The position numbers were made by a program, and so were the translations under genes. The notes beneath the pieces were generated by a model. The model ran no database searches, was not told the origin of the DNA, and worked only from the letters and a program-made list of their open reading frames with translations. DNA of 32,000 nt from Guillardia theta nucleomorph (taxonomy: Eukaryota > Protista > Cryptophyta). The stretch lies in contig AJ010592.2 in NCBI GenBank assembly GCA_000002975.1, forward strand, positions 120,001 to 152,000, given 5' to 3'. Below, piece by piece: positions 20,299 through 28,866 of this stretch. Numbering within the stretch: the stretch's first letter is position 1; each line of letters begins with the position of its first letter.

Positions 20299-20904
20299 CT
20301 AATTATAATTTCTCATCAACGTGTTAAATAGCATGTAATATTTTGATGTTTTTGATTCTTCAATCGGCATTAATTTAACGAAACTATATTTGAAAAACAT
20401 CAAGAATTTAGATAACCCAACCAGCTTTTCTATTAAACTATCAATAATTCTTGAAAATTTTAAATTAATAATAATCAAATTTCTAAAAGCATTACATAAA
20501 ATGATGTAACTAACCATAGTTTTTTGTATTTGTAAAATACTATCACTACAAGAAGAGAATAGAAAAGTGTGAACTAATTTTTTTTGATAAATCCAATAAT
20601 ATTTTTTATTGATTTGTCTCATTTTTGTCAAGTATCTATTTTCATTAAAACAAAAAGTTACTATTTTACATGATGAATTGATTTTTAGTTTATTAACTAG
20701 ATCGATATTTTCAATATTTTTAATTAAATTAATATACTTAGAATTTAAATTTTCATAATTACAAAAATTCTGACATGGTATAACTTCAATTAATTTTAAA
20801 TTTTTAATTATTTTGCTAATTATATAGAGTTTATTTTTTATGGATAATTTTAAAGATCTTCTTCTTTCTATTGAGTGATAGTTGTTATAAAAACAATAAT
20901 TCAT
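20299..20904 (-). CDS. Hypothetical protein (~201 aa)
   Basis: ORF tiling between the tRNA and rpt5. The first ATG is at 20904; the track uses GTG 20940. Confidence 0.65.
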   Translation of the reverse strand: MNYCFYNNYHSIERRRSLKLSIKNKLYIISKIIKNLKLIEVIPCQNFCNYENLNSKYINLIKNIENIDLVNKLKINSSCKIVTFCFNENRYLTKMRQINKKYYWIYQKKLVHTFLFSSCSDSILQIQKTMVSYIILCNAFRNLIIINLKFSRIIDSLIEKLVGLSKFLMFFKYSFVKLMPIEESKTSKYYMLFNTLMRNYN

Positions 20905-20946
20905 TTTAGTATATAAAAATTTTATTATTTTTAAATTCACAAGTAA

Positions 20947-22140
20947 ATGCCAAATTATAAATATAAATCAAAATTAAGGAATGAATTAGAAAAAAAGTTA
21001 GAAATAATTGAATTGGAAAATAAAAATATTAGAATTTCTAATTCTAATAACAATTATGAGAAGATTAAACTAAAAGACATGAAGAAGGAATTGCAAGAAA
21101 AAATTAAATCTAGTAGTACGTTACCTCATCTTGTTGCAACCATATCGGAAATTATTTATAATCAAAACAGGAAAATTGATGGCATAATATTGAAAACTTC
21201 GAATAGATTAAATATTTTCCTATCAAATGAAGGATTAATCGATAAAAAGAATTTAAATCTCAACTCTATATATGGAGTTAACAAGGATAGTTACTATTTA
21301 ATTAGTAGACTTCCCCCTGAATATGATTTTAGGGTGAGAGCCATGGAAGTTGATGAAAATCCAAATCAAACATATCAAGATATAGGAGGATTGGATAATC
21401 AAATTCAAGAATTAATAGAAGCAATTGTTTTACCGTTAACTCAAATAATTAAATTTAATAAAATAGGAATTATAGCACCTAAAGGTGTATTACTGTATGG
21501 ACCACCAGGAATGGGAAAAACTCTATTGGCAAGAGCCTGTGCTTCTCAAACAAATGCAAAATTTTTTAAAATTGGTGGACCAAATCTAGTTCAAATGTAC
21601 ATCGGTGAAGGTGCAAGTCTTGTTAGAGAAACCTTTAAATATGCGAAAGAAACACAGCCTTCGATTATATTTATTGATGAAATCGATGCTATAGGCATGA
21701 AAAGAAGTATATCTGATAGTAACGGGGATCATGAAGTACAAAGAACTATGTTAGAACTTTTAAACCAATTAGATGGGTTTTCTTTAAATTCCAATGTAAA
21801 AATAATAGCTGCAACAAATAGGATTGATATTCTTGATCCAGCTTTATTGAGATCGGGTAGATTAGATAGAAAAATTGAATTTCCTTATCCAACTTTAGGA
21901 TCAAGACTTAAGATACTCAAGATTCATTGTAGAAAAATTAGAATTTCAGAATATCTTGAATTATTAGAAATAGCAAAAATAACAGAAAATTTCAATGGAG
22001 CTCAATTAAAAGCACTTTGTGTTGAAGCTGGCATCATAGCAATTAGAAAACATAAAAAAATAGTAATTTACGACGATTTCATGGAAGCATTTTTAAAAAT
22101 TAAATACAGAAAAGATGTGCAATTAAAATACATTATTTAA
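20947..22140 (+). CDS. rpt5: 26S proteasome AAA-ATPase Rpt5 (regulatory subunit 6A)
   Basis: LPHLVA, GVNKDSY, LPPEYDFRVRAMEVDE, DIGGLDNQIQELIEAIVLP, Walker A GPPGMGKT, IIFIDEIDAIG, LDPALLRSGRLDRKIEFP, FNGAQLKALCVEAG. Confidence 0.95.
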   Translation: MPNYKYKSKLRNELEKKLEIIELENKNIRISNSNNNYEKIKLKDMKKELQEKIKSSSTLPHLVATISEIIYNQNRKIDGIILKTSNRLNIFLSNEGLIDKKNLNLNSIYGVNKDSYYLISRLPPEYDFRVRAMEVDENPNQTYQDIGGLDNQIQELIEAIVLPLTQIIKFNKIGIIAPKGVLLYGPPGMGKTLLARACASQTNAKFFKIGGPNLVQMYIGEGASLVRETFKYAKETQPSIIFIDEIDAIGMKRSISDSNGDHEVQRTMLELLNQLDGFSLNSNVKIIAATNRIDILDPALLRSGRLDRKIEFPYPTLGSRLKILKIHCRKIRISEYLELLEIAKITENFNGAQLKALCVEAGIIAIRKHKKIVIYDDFMEAFLKIKYRKDVQLKYII

Positions 22141-22169
22141 ATTTAAGTTATATTTCAGAATTAATTTTA

Positions 22170-23354
22170 TCAACTTTTGTTTTTGTAACTTTTAAGAAAT
22201 TCTAGTGGTCTTTCTTTTTGTAACCTTGAAAATATATTTTGTGATTTAAAAAGATTAGTTGCCGACTCCTGCCACAGACTTTCCTTCATGAATATTTCAA
22301 ACGAATTATTTAAATATTTGAAAGAGTCATCTATTCTGAAAAATTTTTTTTTCCTCAAAGAATTTTTACAAATTTTATTATAATTTTTTTTTTTGAAATT
22401 TTTGACTTTATCAGAATTAAAAAAAATTTTTTTTTCATTAATTATTTTTGAATATTTTATTGTAAGTTTTTTTTTATTAATTCTACAAGGGGGATTATTA
22501 TGATCATCATAATTTAGTTCTATGAGAGAATCTTTATTGCCATCATCTCCACCTCCAAAATTTATCTGATTTAAAGTCATCTGAGCCAATGTGGTGTTTT
22601 TTATTTCGTTTATGCGAGATTTAAGTGATAAATGTCCAACCCTGACTATTTTTGATATCTCTTTAGTATCTATGGAAAAACCATACATTCGAGATGCAAT
22701 AAGTAAAGCAACCCCACATAAACTACTCGGCCTTCTGCCTGTACTTAACCAATTTCTTTTCATCCTGGCAATAATTCTTAAAGCACTTGTAATAATTTTT
22801 CCAGATTTTTTACCCAAAAGAAGCCTTGAAGCAAATCTATGAATAAAAATACAAGGATCAATGATAGGAATTTCCATCTTCAGATTTTTTGAAATTTTCA
22901 AAAATTCTACTCCAATCTTATTAGTTCTGATTTGACTAATATCAGAAAAATCTACCAAAAGATGAGGAGTTTTTTCAAATCTAGATATCATATATAGACA
23001 ACTGATTATGTAAAGATCAACTTTTTTATTAATTACAAAATTTATTTCTGAAATTTTCAAATAAAGAGTCATGCTTTTTTCGATATTTATTTGATTTAAA
23101 TTTAACAAATTTCCATAAATATGAAACTTTCTTTTAATTCCAGAATTTAAATTTTGATTATTATTTTTAAAATGATTTATTTTAGTGCTAATGATTTTTC
23201 CTTCTAATTTAGTAGAAGATTTGTTTTCTTTGATAAAATTTAAATCAGGATTTGAAATATCTTCTTTAATTACATACCCACAACAATTACAAATTATTTT
23301 CCCATTTTTGTAATCAAAAAATATCTCTTTATTTTTACATTCATAACATATCAT
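22170..23354 (-). CDS. brf1: TFIIIB subunit Brf1 (TFIIB-related factor)
   Basis: Zn ribbon CYEC...CNCCG, IDPCIFIHRFA, RMKRNWLSTGRRPSSLCGVALLIASRM. Confidence 0.93.
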   Translation of the reverse strand: MICYECKNKEIFFDYKNGKIICNCCGYVIKEDISNPDLNFIKENKSSTKLEGKIISTKINHFKNNNQNLNSGIKRKFHIYGNLLNLNQINIEKSMTLYLKISEINFVINKKVDLYIISCLYMISRFEKTPHLLVDFSDISQIRTNKIGVEFLKISKNLKMEIPIIDPCIFIHRFASRLLLGKKSGKIITSALRIIARMKRNWLSTGRRPSSLCGVALLIASRMYGFSIDTKEISKIVRVGHLSLKSRINEIKNTTLAQMTLNQINFGGGDDGNKDSLIELNYDDHNNPPCRINKKKLTIKYSKIINEKKIFFNSDKVKNFKKKNYNKICKNSLRKKKFFRIDDSFKYLNNSFEIFMKESLWQESATNLFKSQNIFSRLQKERPLEFLKSYKNKS

Positions 23355-23423
23355 TTTTATATTAAAGAATTCTGTTTATTGTGAATAAAATAATAAAAAT
23401 ATCTTCCTATTATTTAAATATTG

Positions 23424-23660
23424 ATGATACAACCAATTAATCAATTGTTTAAATTTTTGAAAGAAAAAAATTTAGTAACAATTATTTTTAAAGGTAGTAA
23501 TGATTATATATTAGAAGGAAATTTAATAGGATTCGATGAATTTATGAATTTAGTAATAGAAAATACAACTGAAAAAAAAGATAGCTTGATTGTTAGAGAT
23601 TTGGGTTATGTATTAATTAAGGGGGATTCTATTCTAACTATATCATCTATTCATTTTTAA
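23424..23660 (+). CDS. snrpE: Small nuclear ribonucleoprotein SmE
   Basis: MIQPINQLFKFL, EGNLIGFDEFMNLVI and LGYVLIKGDSI. ATG is at 23424. Confidence 0.92.
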   Translation: MIQPINQLFKFLKEKNLVTIIFKGSNDYILEGNLIGFDEFMNLVIENTTEKKDSLIVRDLGYVLIKGDSILTISSIHF

Positions 23661-23698
23661 TACAAAAAAAAATTTTATTATAAAGATTTTTGTATTAA
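23657..23698. repeat. 12-bp perfect inverted repeat anchored on the SmE stop codon
   Basis: TTAATACAAAAA (23657-23668) / TTTTTGTATTAA (23687-23698). Confidence 0.6.
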
Positions 23699-23760
23699 TC
23701 TTATTAAAAGTTAATGGTAAATTTTATATACTTAATTTATTTATATATTTTATAAAAGAA

Positions 23761-24498
23761 ATGAAAATTTCTAACATATTACATTTAAATAAATATGCAG
23801 AAATTGTCAAAAATAAAATGATAAAAATTTTAATTTTATCAGGATCTCTTCTTTCTTCTTACACTAATGGTAAAATACCTAAAATCTTGAAGATACTACC
23901 ACATCTAAAATATTTTGAAGAGTTGATTTGGTACACACGTCCTGACAAATGGTCTCTTGTGGCTCTATTCAAAATAACTAGTATTTATGAAAAAAAAATA
24001 GATGAAATCAAATTTTATAGATATCTTAATATGATATTTATTCCAAGAATTATTGAAATGATAATCCAAAAGAAAAAAATTACTCCTCAGATTTTTAATT
24101 TTATAATTAAAATTGCTAATAATCATGATGAAACTTTAGTTTTTATCTTTGCTCTTATGTTGAATGCTAATTCGTTTAATTCAGACAAGATAAAATTTTT
24201 AACAAAATTATTATCTAAGTCAAATTTGAAAAATAAAAGAATAATAATATTAATTCATGTTTTAATTCAAATTCAACCAGATAAGAAGAAACTTATGTTA
24301 CTAAAACTTCTTATAAGAAAAATTAAAATACATTCGTCTAAAACAATAGACTTAGTTCTAGATTATTTTATCAAGCATAAGGATTCATCATGCAGAAAAT
24401 TTATTCAATCAATTATAAAAATATTTTATAATAAATATATTGATAAACTGTCAATAGAGGAAAAAAAAAGCATCAATGGTCTTTTAAATTATAGGTAA
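23761..24498 (+). CDS. Bystin/Enp1, truncated to the conserved domain
   Basis: YTNGKIPKILKILP...EELIWYTRPDKWS matches bystin YRSGKLPKAFKIIP...EQILYVTEPEAWT. Confidence 0.82.
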   Translation: MKISNILHLNKYAEIVKNKMIKILILSGSLLSSYTNGKIPKILKILPHLKYFEELIWYTRPDKWSLVALFKITSIYEKKIDEIKFYRYLNMIFIPRIIEMIIQKKKITPQIFNFIIKIANNHDETLVFIFALMLNANSFNSDKIKFLTKLLSKSNLKNKRIIILIHVLIQIQPDKKKLMLLKLLIRKIKIHSSKTIDLVLDYFIKHKDSSCRKFIQSIIKIFYNKYIDKLSIEEKKSINGLLNYR

Positions 24499-24504
24499 TT
24501 ATAT

Positions 24505-27500
24505 TTATTTAATTATCTTCATAATTACACTAAACTTGTCGGATAAATTCATCAAAATTATATATATTATGCAATAAAATATGAAATAATTAAATTTCCA
24601 ATCAAGATTATTAAATATCGTCAGATTTTGGCTAATCTTAGGATACTTAAAGAGATGACTACTCAGACTTTCATTTTTATTAAATTTGTAATAATTCAAT
24701 TTATTTTTAGTGTTGGTCAAAAATTTTAATATTAATATTATAAGTTTATTAATTGATTGGGTTTTGTTTAAATTTGCTCTAAAAGTGCATGAATTACTTA
24801 ATGAAATTTCACTTGAATATAAATTAATAAATTTTTCTCTTATAATAATAATCTTTGAATTTCTAAAAAAAGCAAGAAATTTTTTCAATTTTTTGATATT
24901 ATAATCATAATATAAAAATCCCGAATAATAAAAATAATTCTGTTTAATGCATATATTAAGTTTTTCATTTAAATACAAATTTTTCCAATTATAAATATAA
25001 AAAATAAATAATAAATAGTTTAAACATTTTTTTTTATCTGACTTATAAAATAAATTTTTATGCAATTTTGTAATTTTAAGAAATTTATCTTCTACTTTAC
25101 TATGTTTAACATTATTAAAATAAAAATTTTTTAATCCAGATTTATTAAATATCAAATAGTTATTGTTTCTTCCATAACGACTAATCTTATTCAGAAAATT
25201 AATTGAAGAAATCAAGTAAAACCTTTTATTTTTAAAAAACAAAAAACGAAAAATATTTTGTTGATTATGCGAATTAAAATTATGAAAAAAATAAATAATA
25301 CTAATATTTATCAATAACAAGAAAGCTTTACTTCGTAAGTACAAATTTATCATATTAAATGATATATTTCTTTCTTTCAGAAAATTTACAAGCCTGTTAA
25401 GATCTATATTGAGAAAAATTCTTATAATCAAATTGAGAACATTTTTGAAATTACCAAAAATCACTTTTTTTTTTTTTTTAGTATAATTATGTGTATAAAA
25501 TAATACATCTAAACATTCATTCGTAAATTTATAGCTTTTTTTGTAATGAATATGAACCAATGATATTTTTTCATTCGATTTAATCATCCTATAAATTAAT
25601 AACATCAATAATTTATTAAAAGATATTATACTTAAAAAAATTATATTCTTTTTTTTTTTTTTAAAAATGTAATTTAAAGTATCGTACTTTAGTACAAAAT
25701 CTTTTAAATTCATTGAAGTTAGTAACTTTTTAGCTTTTAGATTTGAATTCTTCTCAAAATTCTTCAGGTTAAAAACTGGATATCCTAAAAGACTAAAATA
25801 ATTATTCTCAGTAAAAAAAAAAAAACTTGATTTCAAATTATAAGCAAAATCACAATTTATTAAAATCACAATTTCTTTATTAAATAATTCGTAGGTAAAA
25901 ATCAAATCAAAAATCATAGAATTATGTAAATCAAAATTATAAAAACTTCTTAATGGATTCTTGGTTTTAGTGATCTCATAATATAAATTTTTTAAATATT
26001 TTAACCTACATTTACTAAACATAAATTCTTTTAAAATTATACTACCCAAATAACCTTGAAATAATCTATTTATATTACAATTTTTTAATTTTGGTTGAAA
26101 AAGTCTGCAGCTATAAAATTTTTCATAATCAAAGTCTATTCTAGATATTATTGTTATATCATCAGATATTGGTTGCTCGATAAATATCTTAATTAAAATA
26201 AGTTTTGTTGATTTATATTTTAAATTAAATAACATGTATTTATTATTCTCAAACATTTCTCTTTTAGAATTAAGTATGTAATCAAAATAAAAAACATGAT
26301 TTGTTGGCCACCCTTGAATTAATATATAAAAGTTTAAATCGTCAAAAATATATCTTGAATAAATGCTTTTGAGTATATTAAAATAGAAGTATAACTTTAC
26401 TTCTTGGTTATCTTTAATTTCAAAAAAGGTAGTTAAATATTTGGGAAAATCACAATTGAATTTTTCAAAAATACTTAATCTGTTCAATTTAGAAAATTCA
26501 AATTCACTTAAATTGTTTTTTATAACTCTATTATTATAATTGTTTTTTAAAAAAAGAAAATTAGAATATAAGAAATCAGAATTTTTTCTTATATTTTTAT
26601 TTTTGTATTTAACACATCTTTCCATGTATAATATGTTTTCTAAAGTATATAAATATTTGTTAATTTTTGCTATTTCAATCAAAAATTTTAATGCTCTCAA
26701 AGAAGTCTTATATATAAAAATTAACTCTTGTAACAAAATTGGATTTTTGAGATTTATTTTATTTAATATAGCAATCAGCAAAACTGAGACTTTAAATTTA
26801 TTATCTTGATTTAAAAATTGTGATACAAAAATTGAATGTTTTTCAATATTAAATAAATCGACTAGTTCGTTCTTTTTCAAAATTATTTTTTCAAATTCTT
26901 CCAAATTTACTAGTAGATCAAAAATTTTTAAGAATGAAAATTTAGAATTCACTTTAAATAATATATTATATGCAGAATGAAAGTTTATCGAATGTTTTAA
27001 TGCAATTCTTCCAAAATAAGTAATATTAAAAAAATTTTTTTTTTTATAAATAAATCCAGTATTAATCATATACAATAATGTCTTACTAACAAAAAAAAAG
27101 ATTATTTTAAAAAAAAGATATCTATAGTTTTTCTTTAAAAGTTTAATTAGTATTCTTTTCAATCTAATTGAAAAGAATAAATTAGAAATAAATAGTATTA
27201 TCTCAAAAATATATACTTTTTTTCTTATTTGATAAATCAATAATTCATTCAAATTTATTGAAAAATTACAATTTATTGGTTTTAATCCTCGGTCTATTTT
27301 TACTATGTTATTCAAGTTTAGAATAGGACATATTACGACTCCTTCTGATAAATTATTTTCCGTATATTTTCTACATCTACCTAACATTTGTAAAAGATCA
27401 ATTTTTTTTATTTCTATAAAGTTAGATAATTCTTTTGAAAAATAAAAAACATCTTTAATTATGACATGAGTGATTGGTAAATTAACACCACTTGATAATG

Positions 27501-28815
27501 TCGCAGTCGATATCATGATTCTTATATTTTCCTCTAAAATTTTATTTTCACTAATGTTTTTATCTCTTACATTCATTCCACCATGATGAATACATATAAA
27601 AAATTTATTAATTAAATTTTCTGGATTTCTGAAATTATATGTTTCCATTAGATTATTTTCAAAGTAATTTTTATGAAACAATTTTTTAATTATGAAAAGA
27701 GCTAAATTAAAAGTATCCAATCTATTATTAACAAAAATTAAAATTTTATTTTTTTTGTTGTTTACTAATATTTCAATTATTTTTTTTATCAAATACTTAT
27801 TAGAACTAAATTTAAAATTTTTTTGTGTAGATTTTAAATTCATACCAACAAAGGTATTTTTCATGTAATTATTCTTAAAAAAATTAGAAAAATAAAAGAG
27901 TTGATTTCGTGGATCAATATTCAAAAATTTAGATAAGTCAATGAAATTTGGGAAAGTTGCACTTGATGATATAACTCTAAAACTTTTTTTGTTGCAATTT
28001 GATAGGTATTTAAGTTTGTTTAAGATTTTTTCTAAGTTAGATTTTGAATCATTGCTGATCATATGAATCTCATCTATATATACAAGGTTAAAATGAGGAA
28101 TTTTAATAGGTCCAAAGTTATTCAATAAAAGGTCAAATTTTTCCGGTGTCGAGATGATAATATTAGCACTTTTAAATTTATTCTCCAAGAAATAAAAATC
28201 ACTATTAATTTGAATTGTTTTTAAATTATTAAATTTAAATGTCTTCTTAATATCAACTAAAATTTCTTTTATAAGTGATTTATTTGGTATTATGAACAAA
28301 ATTTTGAATTTTATTTTATCAATATAAAATTTTTTCTTGATTTCAAATAAACAATTTATTATAACTCTAAAAATACCAAGTTTCGCTATAAATGTTTTTC
28401 CTGTACCTGTTGGAGAAATTATCGAAAAATTCTTATCATTCCCAAGTATAGTTGGAACTATTTTTTTTTGAATATAATTAAGTTTTTGCAGATTAGATAA
28501 CTTTATAATCCATTTGGGTAAAAAAAATAAAAATTCATTATCGAAGTAGTTAGTTAATAAATTATTAATAAAGTAAACTTCAGTTCTGTTTTTGAATTTC
28601 TTTCTGAAGATATTATTTTTATCTCTCAAAAATGATTTTTTTCCTATACTATTTTTAATTTTTTGATTGAATGGATGTGAATATATAAAATACTTCAGTA
28701 TTATCGAGAATAAGATATTAATAAATTTGAAAATTATAAAAAATTTGAATCTAAATTTAATAGAAAAATAATGACTTTTTAAATTTTTTCTTGATTTGTT
28801 AAAAGCTATAATCAT
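24505..28815 (-). CDS. brr2: Degenerate U5 snRNP 200 kDa Ski2-like helicase Brr2
   Basis: LNYIQ, SPTGTGKT, ISTPEKFD, IDEIH, SSSATFPN, IHHGGM, STATLSSGVNLP and QMLGR, then ITYFGRIA and a Sec63-like region. The C-terminal cassette is unrecognisable. Confidence 0.82.
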   Translation of the reverse strand: MIIAFNKSRKNLKSHYFSIKFRFKFFIIFKFINILFSIILKYFIYSHPFNQKIKNSIGKKSFLRDKNNIFRKKFKNRTEVYFINNLLTNYFDNEFLFFLPKWIIKLSNLQKLNYIQKKIVPTILGNDKNFSIISPTGTGKTFIAKLGIFRVIINCLFEIKKKFYIDKIKFKILFIIPNKSLIKEILVDIKKTFKFNNLKTIQINSDFYFLENKFKSANIIISTPEKFDLLLNNFGPIKIPHFNLVYIDEIHMISNDSKSNLEKILNKLKYLSNCNKKSFRVISSSATFPNFIDLSKFLNIDPRNQLFYFSNFFKNNYMKNTFVGMNLKSTQKNFKFSSNKYLIKKIIEILVNNKKNKILIFVNNRLDTFNLALFIIKKLFHKNYFENNLMETYNFRNPENLINKFFICIHHGGMNVRDKNISENKILEENIRIMISTATLSSGVNLPITHVIIKDVFYFSKELSNFIEIKKIDLLQMLGRCRKYTENNLSEGVVICPILNLNNIVKIDRGLKPINCNFSINLNELLIYQIRKKVYIFEIILFISNLFFSIRLKRILIKLLKKNYRYLFFKIIFFFVSKTLLYMINTGFIYKKKNFFNITYFGRIALKHSINFHSAYNILFKVNSKFSFLKIFDLLVNLEEFEKIILKKNELVDLFNIEKHSIFVSQFLNQDNKFKVSVLLIAILNKINLKNPILLQELIFIYKTSLRALKFLIEIAKINKYLYTLENILYMERCVKYKNKNIRKNSDFLYSNFLFLKNNYNNRVIKNNLSEFEFSKLNRLSIFEKFNCDFPKYLTTFFEIKDNQEVKLYFYFNILKSIYSRYIFDDLNFYILIQGWPTNHVFYFDYILNSKREMFENNKYMLFNLKYKSTKLILIKIFIEQPISDDITIISRIDFDYEKFYSCRLFQPKLKNCNINRLFQGYLGSIILKEFMFSKCRLKYLKNLYYEITKTKNPLRSFYNFDLHNSMIFDLIFTYELFNKEIVILINCDFAYNLKSSFFFFTENNYFSLLGYPVFNLKNFEKNSNLKAKKLLTSMNLKDFVLKYDTLNYIFKKKKKNIIFLSIISFNKLLMLLIYRMIKSNEKISLVHIHYKKSYKFTNECLDVLFYTHNYTKKKKKVIFGNFKNVLNLIIRIFLNIDLNRLVNFLKERNISFNMINLYLRSKAFLLLINISIIYFFHNFNSHNQQNIFRFLFFKNKRFYLISSINFLNKISRYGRNNNYLIFNKSGLKNFYFNNVKHSKVEDKFLKITKLHKNLFYKSDKKKCLNYLLFIFYIYNWKNLYLNEKLNICIKQNYFYYSGFLYYDYNIKKLKKFLAFFRNSKIIIIREKFINLYSSEISLSNSCTFRANLNKTQSINKLIILILKFLTNTKNKLNYYKFNKNESLSSHLFKYPKISQNLTIFNNLDWKFNYFIFYCIIYIILMNLSDKFSVIMKIIK

Positions 28816-28866
28816 CTCGGATTTTTGAAAATAAATTATAACTGAGTATATAAATATATACTTAAA

